Positions 43,925 to 53,641 of a DNA stretch of 64,000 nt are shown here, piece by piece (positions within the stretch are counted from its first letter, which is position 1; each line of letters starts with the position of its first letter). The DNA is taken from NCBI GenBank assembly GCA_038850615.1, contig JAWCLR010000003.1:1506-65505 (forward strand), read 5' to 3'. The notes below the pieces were generated by a model. It made no database searches. It saw only the letters and a program-made list of their open reading frames with translations, and was not told the DNA's origin. Made by a program: the position numbers and the translations under genes. This DNA comes from Candidatus Woesearchaeota archaeon (GTDB lineage Archaea; Nanobdellota; Nanobdellia; Woesearchaeales; ARS49).

Positions 43925-46835
43925 CCTACACTACCCTAACAGGTGGAAGACTTGGTTCGAGACGCCGATGAAGGACGCGGCTAACGGCGAAATGCCCCGG
44001 CGACGTGTATGCAACGGTTGAACCGGGGATATCCGAATGGGACTTCCTCTTGAGCACGAAAGTGCGGGGAACGCGGGGAATTGAAACGTCTTAGTACCCG
44101 CAGGAAAAGAAATCAATCGAGATGCGCTGAGTAAGAGCGACTGAAAAGCGCATAGGGCAAACCGAACGAGGGAATGAAAGTTCTCTCGAATGTGGTGTTT
44201 GGACCCGTGCCAATACCTCGCTGGGAAACGCAAAGTCGCCTGGAACGGCGCGCGACACAGGGTGACAGCCCCGTAGCGGCACCTCAGCAGGTTACGAGCA
44301 TGGAGTTCCAGAGTACTGTTCCTCGGAAATGGAGCAGGAATACGGGGGGCATCAACCTCCAACCCTAAATACGTCTCGAGTCCGATAGCATACAAGTACC
44401 GTGAGGGAACGTTGAAAAGAACCCCTGACCGGGAGTTCAAAGATCCTGAAACCTGTTAGGTATGGATCGCTAGGGCACCACGGTGTTCTAGCGTTCGTTT
44501 AGAATAACGAGCCGGGGAGTGCATCTCAGTGGCAAGGCTAACCTTTATCAGGGAAGCCGAAGCGAAAGCAACAAGCCCGCAGGCAACGAGGGGCGGGGTG
44601 CTAATCCGCCTGGAGTCACTGGGATTCGACCCGAAACCGCTCGATCTTATCCTGAGTAAGGTGAAGTGCGGGTAAAACCGTGCGGAGGCCTGAAGAGGTT
44701 CTATGAGCAAGTGTTCTTCTAACTTGGGATAAGGGGTGAAAAGCCAATCGAGAGCGGTGATAGCTGGTTCCTATCGAAGTAGGCGTCAGTCTAACCTGGG
44801 ACGAGCTGACAGGTGCTGTAGAGCGACGGATTGGGGGTTAAGGCATCGAAAGGTGTCGACCCTCTGTCCAACTCCGAAAGTGCCTGTAGCGTAGACTCCC
44901 GGAGACGGGGTGTCGGCGTAAGGTTGACATCCGAGAGGGGAACAACCCTGACGCTGGTTAAGGTCCCAAAAGACGCATTAAGTGTGAACGGGCATAAGGG
45001 TATCTGCGTCCAGAGACAGCGGGGAGGTTGGCTTAGAAGCAGCCATCCTTTAAAAAGTGCGTAACAGCTTACCCGTCAAGGATGCGGGTCCCTAAAATGG
45101 ACGGGGCTAAATGCGTTACCGATACCAGCGACGCCCCAAAAGGGCGGAGTAGGTAGGCGTACTGCGTGGGCAGAAGCTTCTCCGTAAGGAGGGGTGGACC
45201 GCGTAGTAATGAAAATCCCGGCAGTAGTAGGATCGTAGCAGCGTGAGAATCGCTGCCACCGAAAGGGCAAGGGTTCCTTGGCACTGTCGATCAGCCAAGG
45301 GTCAGTTGGTCCTAACAGAGCTCCCAACAGGAGCCGATGTGGAAAGGGAAACCGGTTAATATTCCGGTACTGTCTGTGTATGCGTGGCAACACAAGCCTC
45401 GTGTCAGACGCTTTTGGCTAGATGGGCGCAGACCGTCGTCTGCGTTAACCCGGATACGCCGCGGGAGTATCATCATGATGAGAACGCGGGGAAACCGGGG
45501 AACAGCATTCCTTTGGAGTGTCCTGTCAATGCCTGGAGCCCATGAAAATGGCACAGGGAAAAATCACAGGCATCCGTACCCAGAACCAGCACTGGTGCCC
45601 CTAGGTGAGAAGCCTAAGGTGTGAAGGACGAACCTAGACAAGGGAACTCGGCAAATTGGTCCCGTAACTTCGGTTTAAGGGATTCCTGCTCCTGTGCGCA
45701 CATGCGTGGTGGGAGCAGGGCGCAGTGACTCGGGGGTCCCGACTGTTTAACAAAAACACAACTGGTTGCAAAGCCGTAAGGCCGTGTACAACCGGTGACG
45801 TCTGCCCAGTGTCGGTATCCGAATCTCGTTTTCAAGCGGGCTAAGGACCGATTAACGGCGGGAGTAACTATAACTCTCTTAAGGTAGCGTAATGCCTTGT
45901 CGTTTGATTGGCGACGTGCATGAAGGGCGTAACGAGGTCCCCACTGTCCCTGTCTGGGAGCCTCCGAATAAATCCTTCTGGTGCAGAGACCAGAGATCTC
46001 CAGTGGGAAGCGAAGACCCCGTGAAACTTTACTGTAGCTTGTCGTTGCGGCGTGAGCTGCGTTGTATAGGGTATGTGGGAGCTGCTTGAGCCCAGTGCCG
46101 TCAGGCGCTGGGTGAGGCGACGATGTAACACCACACTCCGCGACTTGCGTTGCTTACCTTCCGAAAGGAAGGGACACCGGCTGGCGGACAGTTCGGCTGG
46201 GGTGGCACGCAGTTGAAAGGATATCAATTGCGACCAAAGGTCTGCTCAACCCGGTCAGAAATCGGGTGTAGAGTTTAAGGGCAAAAGCAGGCCTGATGGG
46301 ATACTTAATAAGATTGTATCCCAAGGCGAAAGCCTGGCCTAGCGAACCTCAATGTCCTTCTTGATGAGGGCTTGGGATGACCGAAAAGTTACTCCGGGGG
46401 TAACAGAGTCGTCGCGCCTGAGAGTTCACATCGACGGCGCGGCTTGCTACATCGACGTCGGCTCTTCCTATCCTGGGCGTGCAGAAGCGTCCAAGGGTGC
46501 GGGAGTTCACCGTTTAAAAGGGATCGTTAGCTGGGTTCACAACGCTGTGAGGCAGTTGGTTTGATATCTACTGGAGATGCGAGATGTCTGAGGGGAAGGA
46601 AGCTCTAGTACGAGAGGAACGAGCTTTCGGCGCCACTAGTGTACCGGTTATCCGATAGGGTATCACGCCGGGCAGCTACGCGCTGAGGGATAAGTTCTGA
46701 AAGCATCTAAGAATGAAACCCTCCTCGAAAAGAGACATCATAGTGCACGGATACAACATCCGTTTGATGGAAGCGGGGTGTACGCGCGAAGGTAACGACG
46801 CGCTCAGCCTGCGCTCCCCAACGCACATACTTGGA
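43925..46835 (+). rRNA. 23S rRNA (archaeal); ends approximate (about +/-15 nt)
   Basis: 5' ...AGGTGGAAGACTTGGTTCGAGACGCCGATGAAGGACGCGG; internal GGATAACAGAG-like and ...CTGAAAGCATCTAAG... blocks. The flanks ATCTGGTCC (43913-43921) and GGATTAGAT (46833-46841) can pair as a processing stem. Confidence 0.85.
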
Positions 46836-47045
46836 TTAGATGCGATTTCAGTCTTTGCATGGCCATCATTTTTCCTTTTTTTCTTAATTCATTGACTATG
46901 CAGATCCGGAAGTTTCGCAATTCTTCCGCAAAACAATCTATTTTCAGGAATTCTTCCGGCTTAAATGCAAATGTGTTTGGTCAAACCGCAATCGTCACAA
47001 GATTTTCACCAAAATTCACTTTAAGACTGTTGTCTTTTTTTTGCA

Positions 47046-47489
47046 ATGATGCTTTGTGGCAAGTTTGAGTACAAGAAACTTGAGATATATGAGCTTGCTC
47101 ATCAGTTCGTACTGCACATTTATGATTTGTGCGCAAATTTCCCCCAGGAGGAATCAAATAACATCGCATCGCAAATCAAGCGCGCGGCAGTGAGTCTTCC
47201 GCTTAACATAGCTGAGGCAACAGGCTGTATGAGCTTCCGCACATGCCTTAATTTCTTGAGTTTCAGTTTCCGCTCATGCAAGGAGCTTGAGGCTGCTTTG
47301 CGATTATGCAGGGACCTGAAATACTTAAATGACCCGCAGTACCTTGACACTAGCGAACGCCTTGATATGCTGATGAGGAAGCTTTTCAAGTACATGGAAT
47401 ACATCAGCGCTCAGGCTGACAAGCGCAGCGGTTATCGCCGGCAACAGGCGATGAATACGGAATTCATAAAGAAAAGTTCAGGGACTTAA
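47046..47489 (+). CDS. Four-helix-bundle protein (23S rRNA intervening-sequence protein family)
   Basis: ...LEIYELAHQFVLHIYDLCANFPQEESNNIASQIKRAAVSLPLNIAEATG...SCKELEAALRLCRDLKYL... fits the family pattern. Confidence 0.7.
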   Translation: MMLCGKFEYKKLEIYELAHQFVLHIYDLCANFPQEESNNIASQIKRAAVSLPLNIAEATGCMSFRTCLNFLSFSFRSCKELEAALRLCRDLKYLNDPQYLDTSERLDMLMRKLFKYMEYISAQADKRSGYRRQQAMNTEFIKKSSGT

Positions 47490-48571
47490 TATCCAAGGTC
47501 ATTCAGCTCATCTTCTATTTGTTTGCTCACGCGATGGCGCTCCTTGCCATGCTTTATGAATTTGGTCTCAACCTTGCGTTCTGCAACATCAGGCTTTGCA
47601 GAATGGTTTTTACCACGCAAGGTCATAATCTTGGCATGCATCGCGTCCCTGACATGAAGATACTCGTTTGCAAGGTTGAAATGGTTCTTCACAAGAGCAT
47701 AGTAATGAATTGCTGTCTTTCTCCACCTGTCATCACCTGTGTAATCATACAAAGCCTCTGCAAACTTGCCAATGTTTCCACACGTTATTGCCCAATGAGT
47801 CGGGTTTATTTGGCGGACAAGTTCAGCGCCTTTTTTACCAGCCTCAAATGCGTTAATAAGCAGCTCATTTCGCCTGTTAATATCAGCTGTAATCAGGGCG
47901 GCATTGTAAAAATGGTCTGCGGCAAAAGTGTACTGGTAAGCGCTGTGCGACGGGTCAAACTGCTCTGAGCGCCGGCCGCCTTCAAGTAAATCATGTGCTG
48001 CCTCAATCATGAGGGAGCGCTTCTCTTCATCAACACAAATCTCTGCAAGTGCAAGGGCAACTTTTGCCTTGAACATAAACTGGTACGCAGGATGCTCTGC
48101 TTCAACCTGCTGGCTTATGCGTATGCTTTCTGAAATGTGGTTCTTTGCGGCAAAAAGCATCTTTTTCTTTTTATCCAAATCCTGAATTTCCATTGCCAAA
48201 ATCATTTCAAACTCGCCCAGATGAGAGTACAGGTGGCCGTGCATCTTGACAACATCTTCAATCGATAATCTGAGCCCATCCCATACAAACGCGCCTGATT
48301 CAACGCGTTCAATCCCTGCCTTGCAGTATCGTGCTGCAGCCTCAACAACATCCTTGGTGTAATTGATGCCGCTGATAAGCGACATTTCATTATCTACACC
48401 GTGGCTTGCAATCTTGGTCAGGAACTTTATTCGCAGTATGTTCAGGTGCTCATCAATCTCCTCAGGAAAAGGGTATTGTAGCAGAAAATTGCCCACATCA
48501 GAAAGGACCTGGCGGTCGTCGGGCATTTCGTAATTTGTTTTCAGATAGTCCTCAAATGATTGCGGAAACAT
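47486..48571 (-). CDS. Hypothetical protein (all-helical, repeat-like)
   Basis: 361-aa ORF with no recognisable catalytic motif. Confidence 0.45.
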   Translation of the reverse strand: MFPQSFEDYLKTNYEMPDDRQVLSDVGNFLLQYPFPEEIDEHLNILRIKFLTKIASHGVDNEMSLISGINYTKDVVEAAARYCKAGIERVESGAFVWDGLRLSIEDVVKMHGHLYSHLGEFEMILAMEIQDLDKKKKMLFAAKNHISESIRISQQVEAEHPAYQFMFKAKVALALAEICVDEEKRSLMIEAAHDLLEGGRRSEQFDPSHSAYQYTFAADHFYNAALITADINRRNELLINAFEAGKKGAELVRQINPTHWAITCGNIGKFAEALYDYTGDDRWRKTAIHYYALVKNHFNLANEYLHVRDAMHAKIMTLRGKNHSAKPDVAERKVETKFIKHGKERHRVSKQIEDELNDLGY

Positions 48572-48601
48572 GTTAAGTATTAAATAAAACTGCTTTTTTT
48601 A

Positions 48602-48832
48602 TTACTTCGCACAACCCTTTCTGCCCTTGCCCTGCAATAATGCACCAATCACTGCGCCAACAATCCCGCAAACAACCGCAAAGCCAAAAGCCACAGAATA
48701 ACTTATTGTTATGAAATAAGCAGAACCCACACTTAATGCCCTTGTCAAAGCACCAAGCTCGACCATACCAATTGCTTGAACAACAAAACCAAAAACAAAA
48801 CCAATCAATCCGCCGATGACTGCCTTTTTCAT
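48602..48832 (-). CDS. Small Gly-rich membrane protein, paralogue 1
   Basis: MKKAVIGGLIGFVFGFVVQAIG...VVCGIVGAVIGALLQG; start moved to the internal ATG. Confidence 0.5.
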   Translation of the reverse strand: MKKAVIGGLIGFVFGFVVQAIGMVELGALTRALSVGSAYFITISYSVAFGFAVVCGIVGAVIGALLQGKGRKGCAK

Positions 48833-48833
48833 C

Positions 48834-49058
48834 TTAATGCTTGAAGAACACAAACCCCTCTTCCAGCACTGCACCGATAAAAGCGCCGATTATGCCGTAG
48901 GACGAGGCAACAAAAAGCATAGCTACAAAGGAGACTGCAAGGATGTGCGCGCCTTCAGGAGACAATGAAGCTATTTCTGTCACCCAAGGACTGTATGCCT
49001 GGAGTGAAAGCCCTATGAGAAAGCTAATAATGGCACCGATAAGGAGTCCTTTGCACAT
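48834..49058 (-). CDS. Small Gly-rich membrane protein, paralogue 2
   Basis: MCKGLLIGAIISFLIGLSLQAY...YGIIGAFIGAVLEEG. Confidence 0.5.
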   Translation of the reverse strand: MCKGLLIGAIISFLIGLSLQAYSPWVTEIASLSPEGAHILAVSFVAMLFVASSYGIIGAFIGAVLEEGFVFFKH

Positions 49059-49301
49059 AAATTGAGGTTAATTAAGTGGGGTATAAAATGATTGCGAGCC
49101 AGGCAAACCTAATTGTCCGTTCTGCCCCTCCATCTTCGTTATATATTACTTTTCACTACCACAGCAATGCCAGCATAAATAACTATTTTAATAGGAATCG
49201 TGTCAACTAAGTCATAAAATGCTGTGAGATGAGATTGGTTCATGTTTATAAACGCGCTTGTTTTTTGTAGAAACCAATAAATAATTGTTTTTCACTCCAT
49301 T

Positions 49302-49952
49302 TTGCAAATGGCAAGCACTGAGAAAGCAATTGAAGTCCTGCACTTGCTCAAAAAAACATATCCGAACGCCAAATACTATCTTAACTTTAATACACCTCTT
49401 GACTTGCTTGTTGCTGCAATACTCTCTGCGCAGGTAAGGGATGAGGTCGTGAATGCAGCAACAGCAGAGCTTTTCAAGCACTACAAAAAAGCAGAGGATT
49501 ATGCAAAAGCATCAGTCAATGACCTTTTGAAATATGTCGGCAAGGTGACTTTTGCAGGTAACAAGGCAAAAAACATAATCGAGGCATGCAGGATGCTTGT
49601 TGAGAAACACAAGGGGCAAGTGCCAAAAACAATTGAGGAACTTACACAACTGCCCGGCATTGGAAGAAAGACAGCAATAGTGATACTGACAAATGCTTTT
49701 GGCATAGTGCAGGGAGTGGTTGTTGACACGCACGTCATAAGGATTTCTTACAGGCTTGGATGGACCAAACAGAAAGACCCTGAAAAAATAGAGGAAGACC
49801 TAAACAAGCTAATTCCTGAGAAATACTGGAAGGAAGTCCAGTGGCTTCTCAAGGCTCACGGAAGGGCGGTCTGCCAGGCACCAACACCTTACTGCTCAAA
49901 ATGCCCCATTTCTCACCTGTGCCCAAAGATTGGCGTGACAAAAAAATTCTAA
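49302..49952 (+). CDS. nth: Endonuclease III (HhH-GPD DNA glycosylase/lyase with a 4Fe-4S cluster)
   Basis: LVAAILSAQVRDE, LTQLPGIGRKTAIVIL, VVDTHV, and the C-terminal CQAPTPYCSKCPISHLC. Confidence 0.85.
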   Translation: MQMASTEKAIEVLHLLKKTYPNAKYYLNFNTPLDLLVAAILSAQVRDEVVNAATAELFKHYKKAEDYAKASVNDLLKYVGKVTFAGNKAKNIIEACRMLVEKHKGQVPKTIEELTQLPGIGRKTAIVILTNAFGIVQGVVVDTHVIRISYRLGWTKQKDPEKIEEDLNKLIPEKYWKEVQWLLKAHGRAVCQAPTPYCSKCPISHLCPKIGVTKKF

Positions 49953-50473
49953 TGGTTCTCGGTTATTTTGTAAAATTCTGGCTTGTAATGCGCAAATGCC
50001 TTAAAAACAAGGTGTGTTTTTGGATTGTCCGCTCTTATATGTACCTGCTTAAGCTGGTTTTCAAGCCCGACAGATTCAGGCATAAGAAGCAATTCTTTGG
50101 CAGGCCTGTCAAGCTCTAGCCCAAGTATTACACCAACAGGCGGATTTTGAAGGTGTTGCAATGCGGCATTGTAAGTGCCATAAAGCCTTACTGACTTCAG
50201 CCATTCTTCCTCCGACGGCATCTTGTCAGTTTTTATCCTGATATCAACAGGATGCCTTATGCTTGCAACACGCATTGCAAGATCAGAAAGGGTATCGTGG
50301 GGGCGCAAGTATGTTTCAACATAAGTGTCAAAACGTGTTTTCTCATCAGGGTCTTGGCTTTGCTGAAGCCTGAAAAGCCTTCTCAATTCATACAGCCACG
50401 GGCAGAATATCATACCCCTTTCTGCAAGGGCAAGTGCTGTTTCAATTGAGTCAGGATAATAAAAGAGGGTCAT
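49949..50473 (-). CDS. Hypothetical protein
   Basis: The start at MTLFYYPD overlaps the upstream stop (ATGA); no recognisable motif. Confidence 0.45.
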   Translation of the reverse strand: MTLFYYPDSIETALALAERGMIFCPWLYELRRLFRLQQSQDPDEKTRFDTYVETYLRPHDTLSDLAMRVASIRHPVDIRIKTDKMPSEEEWLKSVRLYGTYNAALQHLQNPPVGVILGLELDRPAKELLLMPESVGLENQLKQVHIRADNPKTHLVFKAFAHYKPEFYKITENH

Positions 50474-51462
50474 GCTGCTGCCACCACAAACAAACTCTGA
50501 GCCCAACCCAGAGGCGTGTTCTCGTTGTGCACTGAGGAGTTTGCAAAATACAGTTCTGGAAGCTCGCCCTGCTCGTTCATTGCTGACTTTGTTTTTTCAA
50601 GGAAAAACCTGTATTTGTTCATTATTCCAAGTTGCTTGTAAATGATTGCAAGCCAGGCAAGGCCCATGGTCCATTCAGCCTCGCCATCCTTGTTGTAATA
50701 CTTGTCTCCTGCATAACGGATGACTCCCCTTTCCCTGAGCAGCTTTTCCTCAACATTCTTGAGGATTGCGTCGCGCTGTTTTTCGTCAACAACATTGTAA
50801 GGATAAATCAGTGAAAGCAGTGCAAGGTCGGTTTCCTTAGTGACTGATTCGCGAGGCAGGAGGGCGTTCAAGGCATCTTTTCCCTTCTGTATCAGTTCGT
50901 CTGGGACTTCAACAATTCCTTTTACTGCCTGAAGTCCTGCAACACAAGCTCCAACAGATGAAGCATGGACTTCCTCGTTTTCCTCCCACATTCCGTTGTC
51001 TGCGTCGTGCCAGTACTCAATGGCTGCAAGATACTGCACGAGCTTCTGGATTATTCGCTTGTCATCATCAGAAAGCTGCAATATTCCTTTTTTCACCAAT
51101 TCACCAATCTTGAACAGAATTGCTCCAATTGCGTCGTTCTGCTTATTGCCCCATTCCTCACGGATTTCATCGCCTGTTATTGGGTCATAACGCGCGTGGA
51201 TGTAACGATAAGCTGCCTTTGGCATTGGCTCCTTTATCATCCAGTCAATCTTGTACTCGTGTTTTTTAAGGATTTCAAGAAGTGCTTTGTAAGTCTTGAC
51301 AACTGCGTCATAATTGCCGATAGCCTCCAAGCCCAGGGTTGCATAAACATTGTCCCTGAGCCATGCACGGTTATAGCCGGTTTTGACGGTCTGGGCTGCA
51401 GCTGCAAAAAGCCCTGAAGGATACTGCAATTGCTGCAAAAGCATAACACTATGAGCTATCAT
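50470..51462 (-). CDS. Glycoside hydrolase family 15-like (glucoamylase-type six-hairpin) protein
   Basis: ...GYNRAWLRDNVYATLGL..., ...EEVHASSVGACVAGL..., ...PLGWAQSLFVVA. Confidence 0.65.
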   Translation of the reverse strand: MIAHSVMLLQQLQYPSGLFAAAAQTVKTGYNRAWLRDNVYATLGLEAIGNYDAVVKTYKALLEILKKHEYKIDWMIKEPMPKAAYRYIHARYDPITGDEIREEWGNKQNDAIGAILFKIGELVKKGILQLSDDDKRIIQKLVQYLAAIEYWHDADNGMWEENEEVHASSVGACVAGLQAVKGIVEVPDELIQKGKDALNALLPRESVTKETDLALLSLIYPYNVVDEKQRDAILKNVEEKLLRERGVIRYAGDKYYNKDGEAEWTMGLAWLAIIYKQLGIMNKYRFFLEKTKSAMNEQGELPELYFANSSVHNENTPLGWAQSLFVVAAA

Positions 51463-51587
51463 TTTAGCACCCCCGAGTATAGTAAAGTAGGATTTCAGAA
51501 TTTATAAACTTTTCTATTTTGTAGTCACTCAATAGTGACTACTAATAAGCTTGTTTTCTTCGCCAATAAGGGCTATAAGGCATAATT

Positions 51588-52202
51588 TTAATCCCAGTCT
51601 TTGGCAATAATATGGGCAAAATGCTCATTATTAATCACAAGTTCGTGTATTTCGCGAATCTTTCGCATACCCAGAACGGTTGAAAGCAACCCATCCGTCT
51701 TTTTGAGGAATACTTGGGCTGCATAATTTATTCCAACAAAGGCAGCATATTCTGCCCTATCATCCAAAGGCGCATCCTCCACAGCCCGCCTGCAAATTTC
51801 TGCCTGTTGGTTTGCAGAATGACTATTATGCTTGTGCATAAGGCAAACAAGCCCTGAATAAGCCATTGCCAAGTGCGACCAGAATTTGTACCTTGCAAAC
51901 TCATCGTCAGAAAGCCTCTCACGGTGAAATCCAGCAATACGGATAAGCGGTCTCAAATCCGCATTCTGGTGGTAAAGCATGACAAGACCTGCAGCATTGC
52001 CGTACTTGAATACCTTTCTCCCCCCTGTGTACTCTGAATATGATATTGGAAGCAGGAGTTCCCTTCCATCATATTGCGGCGCGTCTATCTTTGCAAAACG
52101 GATAGAAGGGCTTGGTTTGCAGGCTGTTTCTGCCTTTTTTGCAAGAAAAATTATTGTGTCCTTTGTGGCGCGCTGAATCCTCTCTTCTAATCGCTGTGCC
52201 AT
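51588..52202 (-). CDS. Hypothetical protein
   Basis: 204-aa ORF with no recognisable motif. Confidence 0.4.
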   Translation of the reverse strand: MAQRLEERIQRATKDTIIFLAKKAETACKPSPSIRFAKIDAPQYDGRELLLPISYSEYTGGRKVFKYGNAAGLVMLYHQNADLRPLIRIAGFHRERLSDDEFARYKFWSHLAMAYSGLVCLMHKHNSHSANQQAEICRRAVEDAPLDDRAEYAAFVGINYAAQVFLKKTDGLLSTVLGMRKIREIHELVINNEHFAHIIAKDWD

Positions 52203-52238
52203 AAGCCCTCACTCACAATACCTGCAAAGCACGATGTC

Positions 52239-52246
52239 TTTATAAA
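52239..52246 (+). promoter_or_regulatory. TATA box (TTTATAAA) for kae1, implying a leaderless mRNA
   Basis: Centred ~27 nt upstream of the ATG at 52269, with no ribosome-binding site in between. Confidence 0.4.
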
Positions 52247-52268
52247 GCTTCAGACACACTTGCAAAGT

Positions 52269-53249
52269 ATGACAAAATACTGCCTCGGAATTGAAAGCAC
52301 AGCGCACACGTTTGGAATAGGCATAGTCAGTTTTGACGGCAAGATACTGGCAAATGCCAAGAGCACTTTTACCACTGAAAAAGGAGGCATGATTCCTAAT
52401 GAGGTTGCAAGGCACCACGAACAGGTCAAGGACGCAGTATTGGCTGATGCATTGGCAAAGGCAGGAATAAATCTCGAGCAGGTTTCATTGATTGCTTATT
52501 CACGAGGTCCTGGACTAACCCCTGCAATACTTGGTGTCGGCCAAAAAATGGCTGTTGAGCTCGCAAAAAAACTCAAAGTTCCTCTCATAGGAGTAAACCA
52601 CTCTGTCGCCCACCTGAGCATCGGCAACCTGATAACAGGGGCAAAAGACCCTGTTTACCTCTATGTTTCAGGACCAAACACACAAGTCATTGCGCTTGCC
52701 GGCAAAAGGTACAGGATTTTCGGCGAAACCCTTGACATAGGTCTTGGAAACCTGCTTGACAAGTTTGCACGCGACGCAGGGCTTGGATTTCCCGGCGGTC
52801 CGAAAATAGAAGAGTTAGCAAAAGGGGGAAAATACATCGAGCTCCCTTATGCAGTCAAGGGAATGGACGTAAGCTTCTCAGGCATTTTGACAAAAGCAGA
52901 GCATTTGCTGAAGAAAGGCGCCTCTGTAAATGACCTCTGTTTCTCTTTGCAGGAGACATGTTTTGCAATGCTTGCAGAAGTCGCCGAGCGGGCAATAGCA
53001 CACACGGGCAAAAAAGAATTATTGCTCATCGGTGGGGTGGCAGCAAACAAGCGGCTTAAGGAAATGCTTGAGAAAATGTGCTCTGCGCGGGGAGCCAAGT
53101 TCTTTGCTGTTCCTCTCGAGTATTCAGGGGACCAGGGCGCAATGATCGCGTGGCAGGGAATACTCCAGCAAAAAGAGGCGGTTGCTCCTGAAAAAGCAGG
53201 CATTGCACCGTACGAGAGGATTGATGAAATAGAAGTTAATTGGACATAA
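52269..53249 (+). CDS. kae1: tRNA N6-adenosine threonylcarbamoyltransferase Kae1 (KEOPS catalytic subunit), not fused to Bud32
   Basis: CLGIESTAHTFGIGIV..., ...GVNHSVAHL..., ...GGVAANKRLKEML..., ...SGDQGAMIAW. Confidence 0.85.
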   Translation: MTKYCLGIESTAHTFGIGIVSFDGKILANAKSTFTTEKGGMIPNEVARHHEQVKDAVLADALAKAGINLEQVSLIAYSRGPGLTPAILGVGQKMAVELAKKLKVPLIGVNHSVAHLSIGNLITGAKDPVYLYVSGPNTQVIALAGKRYRIFGETLDIGLGNLLDKFARDAGLGFPGGPKIEELAKGGKYIELPYAVKGMDVSFSGILTKAEHLLKKGASVNDLCFSLQETCFAMLAEVAERAIAHTGKKELLLIGGVAANKRLKEMLEKMCSARGAKFFAVPLEYSGDQGAMIAWQGILQQKEAVAPEKAGIAPYERIDEIEVNWT

Positions 53250-53290
53250 GACAGTGTCGCCTAACAAAAACAAAAAGAGAAAAAATCGTT

Positions 53291-53590
53291 TTACCACCAG
53301 CCCCACTTCTTCTTGGCTGGCTTCCTTGCCTTCTTTTTCGGCTTTGGCTTTTTTGCAGGGCTTATCCTTGCCTTCTTAGGCCTTGCCTTTCGTGCGGCTT
53401 TCTTTTTTGCCTTCCTTGCAGGCATTGCGCGCGGTGCAACCAAGGGCTTTTCTATCGGCGCAAACGGCTCAAAAACCAAGCCACAGTCCTTGCAAATAAC
53501 CTGGTCGCGCATCGTGCTGTGCACGATGTTCTCTGAAGCGCAGTCAGGGCATTCATTTATGCTCTGCAAATGGTCATCTTCGTTCCCCAT
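53291..53590 (-). CDS. Stand-alone TFIIB/TFB-type zinc ribbon with a Lys/Pro/Ala-rich basic tail
   Basis: CPDCASENIVHSTMRDQVICKDCGLVF, followed by ~50 aa of ...ARKAKKKAARKARPKKARISPAKKPKPKKKARKPAKKKWGWW. Confidence 0.6.
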   Translation of the reverse strand: MGNEDDHLQSINECPDCASENIVHSTMRDQVICKDCGLVFEPFAPIEKPLVAPRAMPARKAKKKAARKARPKKARISPAKKPKPKKKARKPAKKKWGWW

Positions 53591-53641
53591 AAGGCGGCGG
53601 GCTGACTAGAGAGTATAAAAAGATTATGGAATTATTGCGCA

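Noticed and set aside
46836-47045. I looked for a 5S rRNA downstream of the 23S.
   Set aside because: The region is AT-rich with short repeats and has no 5S-like helices. The 5S gene is presumably elsewhere.
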